From NCBI RefSeq assembly GCF_001194135.2, contig NC_068991.1:42620071-42684070 (forward strand): a stretch of DNA of 64,000 nt, read 5' to 3'. Origin of the DNA: Octopus bimaculoides (lineage: Eukaryota). Both the position numbers and the translations under genes were made by a program. Positions 1 to 13,800 of this stretch are shown here, in pieces. The stretch's first letter is position 1; each line of letters begins with the position of its first letter. The notes below the pieces were generated by a model. That model saw only the letters and a program-made list of their open reading frames with translations. It made no database searches and was not told where the DNA came from.

Positions 1-152
1 GGAATTAATAAGTCATCTTTATTTTGCCAAGCTGAGATTGCAGAAATAGTAGAGTGTTTGGACCAAAGCCTTGCATTAAACCAGTATCAATACAATGACT
101 AACAGTGATAAACTGAATTCACTTGTTTATACTATTTCTTTCAATACCTTAC

Positions 153-213
153 AAATGGTTTATTTTGCCTGATACTGTAGAATACATTATGATGGGTGAA
201 ACCTGGCAGTTTG
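153..213 (-). CDS. Putative next exon of the same unidentified gene
   Basis: ACACAG acceptor and GTAAGG donor; in phase with the 729-890 exon gives SNCQVSPIIMYSTVSGKINH. An alternative AG 11 nt downstream gives a different open frame. Confidence 0.33.
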
Positions 214-239
214 CTGTGTTTATAAATAGTTTGTAAAAT

Positions 240-540
240 ATGTAAAATACTTCACACAAGGACACATATGGAGACACATGTCCACACATATGGAGATGCA
301 CATCCATACATACAAACATGGTACATAGTTGCAAAACACACACAAGGAGACAGAGGTGCATACATATACAAACACACGCACACACACACATACATAAAAA
401 ATACACAAACAAGGACATGCAAGCACATGAATATGCAGAATACATACATACATATATACATACACACTTGCATACATACATACATACATGCATAGGCACA
501 CACACACACTAACCCACACACATGCGCACAAACAAACAAA
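240..540. repeat. Cryptic (CA)/(TACA) simple repeat
   Basis: Source of several overlapping spurious ORFs. Other long (TA)n/(TG)n runs lie at about 3985-4062, 23645-23840, 25108-25165, 27600-27674, 29572-29642, 41575-41700, 45410-45453 and 62875-62911. Confidence 0.9.
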
Positions 541-728
541 AAGGAATGCAGTGTAAATAACAGACAGAGTCAAGACTATTGAAAAGGTTACAAGATGCAA
601 CGAAAATTTTAGGAAAATAAAAATGAGGAATAAGTGGAAATTTTACCAGTGAGTGTGTTAAATTATAAGGCACAAAAAGAAAATGACTCTCCCCAGACAA
701 CAGAATATGCTTCAACATACGAACTCAC

Positions 729-890
729 ATAAAGAACCTTGCAAACTAAATCCCACAACGAAATAAATATTGCTTTGTGAAATATTTTCAGAAATGAAGT
801 TTGGTCTGTTGAGATCAAAGCCATTTGGGTTTTCCAGAATTGCTCTGGCTACTTCATTGCCTGACCTTGAATTCATCATTTTAGATGAGT
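729..890 (-). CDS. Putative internal coding exon of an unidentified divergent gene
   Basis: On the - strand, TTTTACAACAG acceptor and GTGAGT donor bound a 162-nt phase-1/1 open frame (DSSKMMNSRSGNEVARAILENPNGFDLNRPNFISENISQSNIYFVVGFSLQGSL). The other two frames have stops. No family recognised. Confidence 0.42.
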
Positions 891-2859
891 CTGTTGTAAA
901 ACATGTTTCTTATATTTTTGATAATTTAGATACAAACACTAATTTACCTATTATTTTACATCTGGATGGTCTCTGAGTAATTAATGCCAGTGATTTAATT
1001 GTTAAAATATACATATGAACAATATTGTACTTCTTCATCACTACTTTGACAAGAATGGTGAAGTTTATGCTTCACTTAAGGGAACTAATAAAACTGAAAT
1101 ATATTCAGAATTATCTGCTGCATATTTGCTGAAATGATTAAAATAATATTAGTCATTGAACCAATGTTGTTTTTTCATTTTTATTTTTTTATTCTTTTAC
1201 TTGTTTCAGTCATTTTGATTGTGGCCATGATGGATCACCACATTGAAGGCTTTTACTTGAAAAATCGACCCCAGGACTTATTTTTAAGTGTAGTACTTAT
1301 TCTATTGGTCTCTTTTGCTGAACTGCTAAGTTAGGGTGACATAAACACATCAACACTGCTTGTCAAATGGTGATGGAGGGACAAACACAGACACAAAGAC
1401 ACACACATTGATATATACATGTTTATATATGTGTGTATGTGTATAAGCATATACGACAGGCTTCTTTCAGTTCCCTCTACCAAATCCACTCACAAGACTT
1501 TGGTCAGCCTAAGGCTATAAAGTTGGTTTGTTTACTTTCTAGTGAGTTTGTTGTTTGGCCAACGAGACTGACAAAATGAGTATTGTCAATTTGACTAAAC
1601 CCTTCAAGACATGGCCACAATCCAATGATTGAAACAAGTAAAAGACCAAAGATCCAATAGAGGAAGATTTATCTCATTCGATAAATGCCATTTAGTGTTT
1701 AGCACTGGTTCTTAATAATCCCTCATATTTAAACTTTCTTTTTTCAATTTAATGTCTATGAGAGGAAATGAATTTTCCTGTATTAGTTTTTTTTCTGTAC
1801 TCTGATCAATTTTAGCACTCTTGTTCTTTCCATCTATGAGCTGCATCTCCATATGTTACCTAGTTTAAAATGGATAAACTGGGTTGTTGAGAGATATAGG
1901 TATGTTATAATGACACCATAGAGCTGCTGACAGGATAGGAACAATAGCCTACCTTTGGCATGTAGACTGACATTCTACAGATTCAGCCAGCTGTAACTCT
2001 CATACTAAAAGACACAGATATTGAATGGAATGAAAGTAACTGATACATATCTGTAGTAAATGCACTAGATATTTCTTTTGTAATCTGCTTCTAAACAGAC
2101 TTCCTGAATCTTTATTCCTATGCTTTTGATTAAGTAGATTTCTCTTAATTTCTATGTGTTGCATTACAATACAATTAACCTACTGAAATTTTACAACTGA
2201 CTTTTCAATTCTGTCTCTCTCATTTTCTCAATAACCAGTCACTAATCTCTTTACTCTTCCCTGTTCCCTGCTTAATACCCCCATTACCACCCACTTACTA
2301 TCCCTCATCTCTTCGCTCACATTATCTTGTTCTTCCTATTATAGGGACTACTTTAAGCCCTTAGTCTACAAGTTACACTACAATTCTCACTTTCTTATGT
2401 AATACTGGAGTTCAACGGAAAATTGTTTATGAACTTTAAGGGAAATTTAGCTGCTAAATCTTCAGGTCAAGCATTTACATAGAAACTTTTTTGACATTCT
2501 ATAGAAATTTTCTTCTGCCTAATTGCTTTTAGCAGCACATCAACCCTGACCGAGTAGACCCGTAACCAAAGGCAGTGCAGCTATCAGTTCATCTTTTCAG
2601 AATCATGGTTATCTAAGACTATATTACTTAATGTGTCCTTCCATTTTGATGATGGATGTGGTTTTTTAAGGACATTTATCTACTACTTTTACCAGATCAA
2701 GCCATCACGCAGAAGCTTTCTTGTTGGTCCATGTAACATTGCATCTTTTAGGTTCTACCGCCGCCAATTGAGTAGCTGATGATGTAGTTCATAGTAAAAT
2801 AATTTGCATTAAAAAAACCCCAACTATAAAATCTTGCAATTGATTTAAATATCTGAATT

Positions 2860-3231
2860 TACAGAATCATCTAACTCATTCCTGTAGACAGTTACAAACA
2901 CGCTAAAAAATATGAAGTAGTAGTAAGAAAATCAAGTTAGAGCTGAACGGCAGAAAGCCTTCAGAGAAGAAAACCTCGCTCATACAAGCATTTTGGCCCT
3001 TGAATCCTTGTAAGAATCATCTACTCCATTCCTGTAGACAGTTATAAATAAACACGCTAAAAATATATGAATAACAATAAAAGAAGTTGGCTGGGAGTAT
3101 TTCGTAACTGTGGTTGAGTTAGTTCCCTTTTCATAGCTCTTCATTGCTGATGAACACTAAAGTAAGAGTTGTGTGCGACGTGTATCTTCATCAGCCAGTT
3201 TTAGATAGACCGAGCTCCTGCTGTCATAGGG
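2860..3231 (+). promoter_or_regulatory. Probable YIF1 promoter/5' UTR, possibly bidirectional
   Basis: Lies immediately upstream of the exon-1 ATG. CpG dinucleotides are visibly retained from about 2.9 to 6.3 kb and depleted in most of the gene body. Contains a duplicated ~55-bp motif. Confidence 0.5.
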
Positions 3232-3259
3232 ATGGATGTGCCACCTGGCTTCAGACAGC
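3232..3259 (+). CDS. YIF1B: YIF1 coding exon 1 (MDVPPGFRQ + 1 nt)
   Basis: ATG at 3232 and a consensus donor GTAAGT at 3260. It ends in phase 1, as exon 2 requires (C+CT = Pro), and lies in a CpG-retaining region. It is too short for homology confirmation. Confidence 0.7.
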
Positions 3260-3984
3260 GTAAGTGTACGTCAATTTCAACAATAATGGGTGTTGTATGC
3301 TGTGATTACACCGCTTGTTATAGAATTACATTACGCTTTCAATTTGAAAAAAAAAATTGTTTTGTTTTCTGTTAATTTCAGTTAAGTTACAGCTTCACGT
3401 CAATCCATCTGATTTGTGTGTACGTCAAATGCATGCATAGAACACTTTTTTTCCGTTTCCAAGTGTTTGCACAAAACAAGCCTCGAATCTTTTTACTTCT
3501 TTGATGGCTTAAAAAAAGTTCGACACACGCATACGTGTGTATATATATGCTTATTTTGTGAAAAGAAAAGAAACAAACAGAAAAGTACATTTTCCTCTTC
3601 CTAGTAAAATGTATGCAAATTATGGTTTTCAGAAATACTTGTAAATAAAAAAAAGAATAATGATAATAATAATAGTGTATAACTTAACAAAGCAGCTTTA
3701 ACTTACATCTAATGTAAAAATATTCTCCATTTTTTTTTTTTTTTTCATTTCTTCAGTTTTGTTCTCATTTTTATTTTGGGTGACGTTTCAACAGTACATA
3801 AGTTCCAAAACTGCTGAGTTGGTTAAATAATACTTCTTGAGTTTATCTTTGGAACGTCACTATATAAAGCTATATTGGCATTCTTTCGATATCGAAAGAG
3901 TGCCGCTATATTTGTTTTACAAGAATCAATATATATATAAATAATATATAAATATATGCATATATCCATACATATATGTACATA

Positions 3985-4068
<84 letters not shown>

Positions 4069-4814
4069 TGGGTACAGGACATCAAAAAACGTTGAACACA
4101 ATGAGAAGCGAAAACAAATATATATATTTTATTATTATTATTATTATTTTGTATTGGTGCTGATTGTCATCAGACCTCTGATTATGAAGCAGTTATGTTT
4201 ATTGTTTGTTCACCATCAGGTTGGCCCTGATTAAACATACCTGTAATCAAAGACTTTCCCACGTTGTCTATTTTTATTTTGCTAGTGTGTTGGAAAGATT
4301 ACACAGTCTTATGTGATCTTTCCCTTTTAAAAAAGTGAGTTGGAATTTTTTACTATTTCTAGCAGATCGAACGACTACATAAATGTTAGTTTGTTGAGTT
4401 TATTGTGTTATTCATAACTTGCATTAGTTTTCATCATTTAACTAGCCACAGATTTTGATCAATATTGTGGCATTCTATCGTTTGTGACAATATTCCGCCT
4501 GCAAACAAGTCTGTTACTGCAGTAAGGTAAACCGTTATTAATCAGATGCTTGAGAAGAAGACGATCAAGTAAGATCGCTATGCAGGTGTGTCACTGTGTA
4601 TCTAGGATGTGTAAAAGGACCCCATGATGTAACTTCAGGATTTTACCAATTGGAATCTGCAACTAACATCGATTCATGGAACAGTTTCACACATGTTATG
4701 CATGATTCTAAGAACTTCTCTTTTTTTCACAAATCTGAAGCGTCGATGGTAATATGTAGGTGTAACTATAAATTCGCTCACCTCCATATTTTCACAGTTT
4801 CTGATAATTTTATG

Positions 4815-4855
<41 letters not shown>

Positions 4856-7800
4856 TTTAGTCGGTCCCTTGCGAGCAAGTGATAATTTATCTGTAACAAA
4901 AAGAATAATATAATTTTTTTTTCGTAACGTTTCATGTATAAGTTTCTTTCGTTGTTTAACCCCCAAATCCCTGATGAAGCAAACTTATGATCAAAAGATT
5001 CCAGCCGTGGCTCACACCCCGTCTGTTTAAATTTGACTGTTATTTCTAGCAGTTAGAGTGACGACATAGAGGCTCTCTCGTTGACTCATTTTATGAGGCG
5101 ATGCCAAACTGCAGTTGCACCACCAAAATATATGTACATAGTTTGGTGTGAAATATTTGGATTACAGGGGTTTCTTTAATGTTTTGCTAGTACCTTTATT
5201 AACCATATCTGCTATTTTTTTAATTGCGTGGAATGTATCGCCCCGTTACACTATAAATAAATAGACAGCTAAATGTTCTCGTCACCCATCACCAACTAGC
5301 CACCCTTCTCGCACCTGTCTACGATTCCCATGATAGGTGAAGTTAGACTTAAGTTTCTTCTTGTCTATATTTGTATAGGTTTACTTAGTGTTCAACAACA
5401 TACGTTATATCTTTTAAACAGCATAACTACAGATGTGTAAACACCTACCAATTTTTTTGTTTGTTTGTTTCCTAATCGAATTACTTATTTCGTGTCAGTG
5501 TTTGTGTAATGATTTCTTGAAACATTATTAATTGTTGTGTAAATATTATTGATCAAACGGATTATTAAATTATTCGTGTATTTACGACATATATTTTTGT
5601 CGTAGCTGTGGTGTTAAGTAATCCTGAGTTGGCTTTGATCCATTTAGTCGATGTCACTGAGGTAGATTTATCAAAGTGTTCGATTATCTTCAGATATTAA
5701 ATAATTCCTTCATTAAGATTTAAGAGTACGTGGTGAAAGTTGTGACTACTGCATTGAATAGGTCGAGGGAATTACACATACACAAACACACCCTCTCTTC
5801 CGGTTTGTGTTAGGGTTCTTATTTTAAATTTTTGCTGGTTAATTTGTTTAGTAACTAGGAGCAATTTATAGATTTTATTGCCTTTACAAAAACGATAATG
5901 TTTCTTGACGAACTACGATAAAGTAATTAAATTGATTCCTCTAATAATAATTCTGGTTAATGTCTGCTATAGGCACATGGCCAGAAATTTTCTAGGGGAG
6001 GAGGCTAGTCGATTACATCGACTCCAGCGACCTCGGTGGAATTTGAACTTAGAGCGTAGAGACAGACGAAATGCCGCTAAGCGTTTTGTCCGGTGTGCTA
6101 ACGATTCTGCCAGTTCACCGCTTTTACAATAATAGTAATATTGTTTGTAATTTTCGTACAAGGCTAGCAATTTTGAAGGAGGGTGTTAGTTGGTAACATT
6201 GACTCCAGTACTTAACTGGCACTTAAGCCCCCCCCCCCCGGACGGATGAAAAGCAAAGTTGACCTCAGTGCAATTTGATCTTAAAACGTAAAGAAGCACA
6301 CTCTTCTTCCTCCTGGCAAATTAGTGAACTTCTGGTACCAACAATTTGGCACATACAGACCATCGCTAGTTTCCTTGGACTCTACTGCTTCACTTTGATA
6401 TTTTTCAAATAGTTGAACTGTATTAAAACTTAATAACAGTTTAGATAACTGTAAAGTAGTGGTAGGTTTTACAGACCATAGAAAGCCAAGCTTTTTTTAC
6501 AATTAGTATAGTATGACTGCCTTAGACAGTCATAACCACTGCTTTGTGTATCTAAAATCCTTTCGCTCTCTATTTAGGTACCAGTCCCCAGAGACATGCA
6601 TCCCATTTCCTAAACACCATATTTAACATTTCATTCAGATCTTATTAGTTCAAATGATCAGTATTTTAACACTAACTTCATTCATAACTTGAATTATACC
6701 TATCTGCCATTGGAGGATCTAAAAAACAGTTTATAGCGATTGTACATTTTCCCCTGATCAAATAGTGTAATTTTGGTAATTCTAGCCTCTCAGTATTCAT
6801 AATTTTAATGAATTAATAATCATTCTTCCTTTGTTCTATTATGAATTTTATAAATTTCCTGTTTCTTGTTTATATTTTTTCTTTCTTTTATTGTTTAGTT
6901 ATTTTAGAAATCTAAATCTTAGAAAAAAATGTGTGTTATTGGATTTAAATCATTCTACATTGTCAGTGACCAACATCATATTGTTTGCACTTAACACTGA
7001 AGTTGCATCTACCCATAGCCATATACTTATTCTTACTATTCTCATTGTTTAACTACCAGACGTTTTCTACCCTATAACATATTGTCACCCATCTTCGAAC
7101 TGTATTGTTTAGCCATTTAGGCCCAGCATGCTAAGAATCAACTTCACTACTAATTATTATACATTCTCTTGACTTGAGTACCTTCCACCAAATAAATTAT
7201 AATATTTTGTAGTGTCATTCATTCATAGCACATGTTTGTACATGTGCAGCTGTATCTTCTTGATTCAACTGTACTCAGTTTTCAGACAAGTTGACATTAC
7301 ACATGTACGAGAATTCACTGTCTCTGTAGATTTTCTGTATTCATTGTCTCATGTTCCAATACCTGCACCATGCTTCTAACACACTTTTCATTCAGTCTCT
7401 TTTGGCATTAAGAGAAGAACCCTTTGTTGCCACCTTTTTCTTACATTCCCATATTTTCACTACATCTAATATTTATATGATCACGTTTTTGGACTTCATT
7501 TCATAACCTGCCAAAGATTCCACTTTGTGTTTCATGTACCCATTGTTGGTACTAAGCATTCATACATCTTACATATCGAGCCAGACCACTTCTCAAATAA
7601 TTTTTGGATTTTGTGTTCCCTACTACTATTTACTACATTACCAGCATTTTTTAAAATATGGGTTACATTTTAAACTTTCTTTTACCGTAATTGTTTCCAT
7701 GTAAATGTGTGTGCACACATACACAGTTACAGGAATACACACACACACACACGTATATATGTATAAAACAATGAAGGCAGCTATATGCAATATAAAACCA

Positions 7801-10800
7801 GAAAGGAAAAATTCAGTCGTCACTAGCTGTGACTGAGGGGGCTGGGTGGCAGCACCTGCATTGCTAGGAATAAGAGTTAAAAACCCTTAGAGCTGCAACA
7901 AAGTACATTTTCGTCTCTAAGGGTTTTTAGCTCTTATTTATAGTTTGTGAAGACCTGTTGAACTGAGTGAAATTGTAGTCATGACCGATACCAGTGCCGC
8001 CTGACTGGAACCCGTGGCAGTGGCTCGTAGAAAGCACCATTTGAGCATGGCCAACGACAGTGTTACCTGGCTGGCTCCCATGCCGGTGGCCCATAAAAGC
8101 ACCCACTACACTCTTGAAGTGGTTGGTGTTAGGAAGGGCATCCAGCTGTAGAAACTTTGCCAAATCAGATTGGAGCCTGGTACAGCCTTCTGGCTCGCCA
8201 GTCCTCAGTCAAACCGTCCAACCCATGCCAGCATGGAAAGCGGACGTTAAACGACGATGATGATGATGATGATTTGTAATCAGTAACAAACCTTTTCAGG
8301 TTTGAAACTTTCTAGGCAGACTCTGCGATGAGAACTAAGTAATGAGTATAAAGAACATTCAATCCTGAAATTCTGTATTGTTTTTTTTTTTTTAAACATG
8401 GTTTTGTGTGTCTAAAATCCTTTCTATCTTTATTTAGATACCAGTTCCTATAGACATACATCTCATTCTCTAAACTCTACATTTAACATTTTATTATTCA
8501 GATCTTCATTCTCAGAACTGTGGCTCTCTAAGATTCCTTTGCCGTAGATGTTTTTTCATCACTCATTAATTCAAACGATCATTAACAACACTAACTTCAT
8601 TGAATTGTGCATAAATTCTAACAACTCTATATGACTGCAAATGATACAACTAGGGTACACTAAGTGTTTCATTTATCTAGGAAATATTATCAGTTAATCT
8701 GGCAAAAAAGGACATTCAAGCAATGCTTACTAAAGTTCATTTACTTCAGTTGATGTTGCAGTCTAGACAATACAGTTTTAAAACTATTTATAACTATTTA
8801 TTACTTCAGCTGTTATTAGTAACAGACCCTTTCAGATTTTAAGCTTTCTTTGTTTCTCTTTGGCAGACTCTGCAATGAGAACCAAGTATATAAAAATTTC
8901 TAAGAATATTCAGTCCTGAATTTCTGTATTGTTTAAAGAACTATTATGAATATGAGAAGCTTAGAACAGGACCCTGGTAATGACTGACCATTGCTTTTAA
9001 ATTCTTTCTGGAACTAGCTACAAGTTCTGAACTTTGCTCTACATCCTGAGTGTATTTGCTTTAAGTTTACTATTGCTCTCTCATCTATTTTCATAACTTG
9101 ATTCATCAACAACTATTGCTGATAGAACCTGCAGATTTTCTTGTCTTCTCTGTGCTTAATTGCTTTATTAACTATGTTTCAACTAACTTATATAGCTTCC
9201 ATTTCTGTTTGTCCTGCTTTGTGTAGGCTTCCACCATCCTACTTGTATTCTTCATTCAATAAAATATTTTCTCTTCACTGAGGCCACAAGAAGCAATTGA
9301 CATTAGAACCAAACAAACAGAAAAACTAGACAGCATTGTCTTGTATTTCAACATCAGTTGATAACACCAAATGCACATGAATGTAACTCCTAGCTATCTC
9401 ATACAACACTTCGATAATGTTTACTTGGCACATAAGCACAATTATTTTGAGACGCACTGCACTGTCATAATGGAGAGAAAAATAATGAAACTTGATTCTA
9501 AGCTACTACAAACATATGTTCTATATGGATCTGCACCATCTCTGCTTCTAGACCTCTCCTCCTCAACTCTTAATTACAATAATCTTCACTGTCAACCTAT
9601 TATCACTATACCAATAAACTAAATTGACCATGTGCAGATTGCTGTACTGTACTTCATACAACAACTCATTGCAGTGTTCTGATTTGGAAGATTGCTCCTG
9701 GACATCAAATCAACTACCTTAGCTCTTTAGCATTCAGCTTATTCTTGTCAAAAGTAATACGTATTTATTCACATTGTTTTGAATTAATCATGCATTGTCT
9801 TATAGCTTTCAAATTTTTATGAGGTACCTGTTAATTTTTAGAATGATATTGTAGGGTAAGTGTGAGGGGCCAAATCTGGCCAGTTTGAACATAAAACAGG
9901 TAGAATATTTTAGCCAGATATGGCTGGTTTAAATGCTAAAGGGTTAATACCAGTGTGCTGCTCCAGCAAAACTACCTGGAATTATTAAAAAGCAGTAACG
10001 CAACGACAAAAACTCTTATATATAACATTTTAATAAGAAATAATGTTTATCCTCACATCAAATGGCTGTTCAATGTTACTACCGTAACAGGCAAATCCTT
10101 CACTGGCTGGTTACCAGTGCAACCTGCACTTTGTTTCTATTGCAAGTAGGGGAGTGAACCATCCTGTTGGGTACTCACAACTGAAGACAGGCATAAGTAG
10201 CCCAAAACCGTTCAGTCTCATGATCCTGTCATCTGCTAGAGGATGGAAGGGGTTCGCTTCCCTGCTTGCAGTATATGCAGGGTGCACCAGTAACCAACTG
10301 GCGGAGGATCTGCCTGGGGTTAAAATGATAGTAACATCGAACAACCATACTAATATGGCAATAAACATTACTTCTTAGTGTAGTTACTACTTTCATCTCT
10401 TATTGAGCTTTTCTAACTAGCTACTTTGCTTATTTTAATAACACTTTTCACTAATACCGTCATTTCACCACCTGCTACTGCGTTGGATTAAACTGATTAT
10501 TATTGTAATATATATGCACTTATTTATGTTTGGTTCTTTCTCCAGACTAGATTATCTTTTAAAACTCATCATGTTGTTCTTATTGCTAATTACCTATACC
10601 TCTACAGGATTAATACTGTGTATATATATGAGTGTTTATATATATAAATATATATATATAGGCATAGGAGTGGCAGCATGTTAAGAAGCTTGCTTTCCAG
10701 CCACATGGTTCTGGGTTCAGTTCCACTGCGTGGCACCTTGGGCAAGTGTCTTCCACTATAGCCTCAGGCTGACCGAAGCCTTGTGAGTGGATTTGGTAGA

Positions 10801-13800
10801 CGAAAACTGAAAGAAGCCCATCATATATATATATATATATATATGTGTGTGTATTTGTCCCCCCACCATCGCTTGACACTGATGTTGGTGTGTTTACGTT
10901 CCCGTAGCTTAGCGGTTTGGCAAAAGAGACCAATAGAATAAGTACTAGGCTTACAAAGAACAAGCCTTGGAGTCGATTTGGTCGATTAAAGGTGGTGCTC
11001 CAGCATGCCGCAGTCAAATGACTGAAACAAGTGAAAGAATGAAAGAATATATATATAGTTGTTGTTAATGATCACACAACATTCAAAATGGTTATAGGGA
11101 AGACTTCTCTAGGTAACAATCTTTCCAGATATTCTACATGACCTCAAGGTCTTCTAGATGGCCTCTCCATCTGTGTAGATTTTTGAGAGACTTCCTAAAG
11201 TTTATGGAATTAAAAGCACAATGCATCATTCCACTCAATGCACCATGTGATGATGATACTCAGTACAGAGATCTAATCTATGCATTTCTACCTTTTCTCA
11301 GTTTATTGTTGATTTCATCCATTGGAGAAGGTCTTGGCAAAAAATCTCAGAATGAATATTTGTGTGATCCTATGCCAGTTATGGCAATTCTGTAAAATTG
11401 CTTTCCTTGGAAAAAGCCCAGTCATTTTGAAAGGAGATTGCTTTCAAAGTTGCTGCTGTAGGGCATCTCTGTGAGGATGAAATCAATCCTGATGCCTTAC
11501 TACTCTTTATGGCTTAGCTGGCTTCCTTAATCTCAATTGCTGTTGGGGTAATAGTCAATGTTAGGAGCATCTTCTGTTGATTGAGAGTTGGTTAGCTTGT
11601 CTGGTAGAAGAGTTTAGCACTTTCTGGAAGTGTCGGACCCATCTTGATGTTTGTTCTTATTCAGTTGTTATAATGGTGTCATCTTTGTTTCTGACTGACT
11701 GGTGTTGCTGCTACAACACTGTTTGTTGATCTTATAAACAGTAGTCTTTTCTCTCCTGGCTGCAGCTTCACATAACATAAAAAGATCACTTCACATAACA
11801 TAACATAAAAGATCACATAACATAAAAAGATCACTTTTCTGGTATTCCTTTTGACCTCTTTGTCCTCGGACTTTTAGGGTAGTTGGACCTGCTCCCAGAC
11901 CCTCAATAACTTCATTCCCAACATCTTTTAGCAACTCCTTATTCCTATTACCTTATCAATATCCAAGATATTGGTTACTGCTTCAAGTCAAATTTTCTTC
12001 ATCTAATTCCACTTGATGTTAATTAGGCTATTGTTCTCAATTGTATCAGCAACAACACAGATTTCCAGAATAAACTATTGTTTGTCGTTAGGATGATTAA
12101 GTTTGGTGTTGCCAAGTTGTTTTTGTTGCTAACCCTGTTTCTTCACTTTGCAAATTTTCAATCTCACTGTAGCAGTTATCAAGTGGTTGTCACTAAATAC
12201 ATTGACCCTGGGAAAAGCTCTTTCACTATCCGTGGCTGTCACCAATTTCCATAGGCATGATCTGGTTCAGTGAGCTACTATCTGGTGACCTCCGTGTGAA
12301 CTTAGAAATATTCTTGTGAGGAAAGATAGTACCTTCTGATGAAACAGTTATTGTTCAAGTTTCATCCACCAAGACTTCACTGTCATTGTTTCATCACACC
12401 AAAAATTCACTTGGCATCATGAACAATGCCAAGTTGATCACTGCCATCATTCATCACTCTAAGATGTTCACTGTTATTGATTGCATCAAGATTTCACTAT
12501 TATTCATCATACCAAGATATTCACATATCCTTCTCAAATATCAGAACTTGCTGTGTCGGCTATCAACTTTTATATTGACATTTTGTGTGTACAGGAACAC
12601 CATCTCATCATGGACTCAATAACAACTGGACTTTTGTGTCTGTGTCTGTATGGAAAAATTCTATTAATAGCACCATTGGCGGTGTGGATTATTACTCAGC
12701 CCACATTCCCTAAAATCACTAAACAGCATTGAGAAAATAACATCTAGAATAATAGTTACCAATTTCAATGGTAACCCTTCTACTGTCACCTGCTGCTACA
12801 GCCCAACAAATGTCAGCAATGAACAAGAGGTCATAGATTTTTACAATGATTTATTGTCTCTTGTACAATCTATACCAAGACACAACATCCTCATCATTGG
12901 CAGAGATATGAATGCACAATTAGGCCATGACAATCCCCATCATAAGTACTTGTTCCATCAAACTGAAATGGAGAATACTTAGAGCACTTCTTGGTAGGAA
13001 ACAAACTTCAGTGCCTGAACACTTATTTTCTGAAGAGACTGGGAAAGAAGTGGACCCATACTTCCTCAAATGGATTCAAACCTTATCATGAACAAAACGT
13101 GGATTAACAGCTGCCACAACTGTGAAGCATACAATACTTTCTTTGGTGTATCATCTGACCATCAAGTGATAACACCTAAGCTTCAGGTAAGCCTCTGAGC
13201 AAACAAGATAAAAGGAACCTCAAGACCACCCTACAACTGGGGACTATTCTGACGTACAATGAGAGAGTCCGAAATGATTTCACAATCAAACTCAGATATC
13301 GCTTTGATGTGTTACAAGGTGCCAATGTAGATTACACACCAAAACACAACATATTTCAACTTGTCCAAGCTCATTATGAGGCTGCTGAAAAATGTATCCC
13401 TTTGAGACCAAAAGTGAAATGAAGAGCCCCCTGGGGAAAGTGACAGAGTGCTTGCAAAAAGAATTAACATAAAGGAAATAATCAAGCAGTACAACAGGAA
13501 TTCTACAAGAAGAAACTTAAATAGAAAAACAAAGGCACTGAAAGAATTTAATGTATTATATCAGATGGAACAGCAAAAATACATTCAAAGCCAAATCAAC
13601 AAAATCAAAAATGCAGCAGACAATAAACAATCTTCCTTGGCATGGCAGAGAGTAAATGAAGTGAGTGGTCAGAAGAAATCCTCCAAAGTGAAGTTGAAGG
13701 CCTCTAGCCTACAGAAGAGACTGAGTAAGTGGAAAGACCATTTTCAAAACCTTCTTGAGAAATCACTGAATACATCAAACCTGCAGATCCATTGTATTTT

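Noticed and set aside
1-98. Further minus-strand exon (HCIDTGLMQGFGPNTLLFLQSQLGKIKMTY*) of the putative divergent gene
   Set aside because: It requires a 54-bp intron, which is implausibly short; alternatives cannot be distinguished without data left of the window.
149-600. Overlapping C/V/Y/M- or H/T/I-rich ORFs (also at about 3823-4234, 23640-23953, 41532-41870 and similar sites)
   Set aside because: They are translations of (CA)/(TA)/(TG) simple repeats.
6290-6425. Minus-strand acceptor followed by a 40-codon open frame ([19 protein letters not shown]...)
   Set aside because: No convincing donor and no partner exons; it runs into a SINE.
8960-9310. Purine-rich minus-strand frame with scattered stops
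   Set aside because: Looks like decayed coding or TE sequence, but there is no recognisable motif to assign it.
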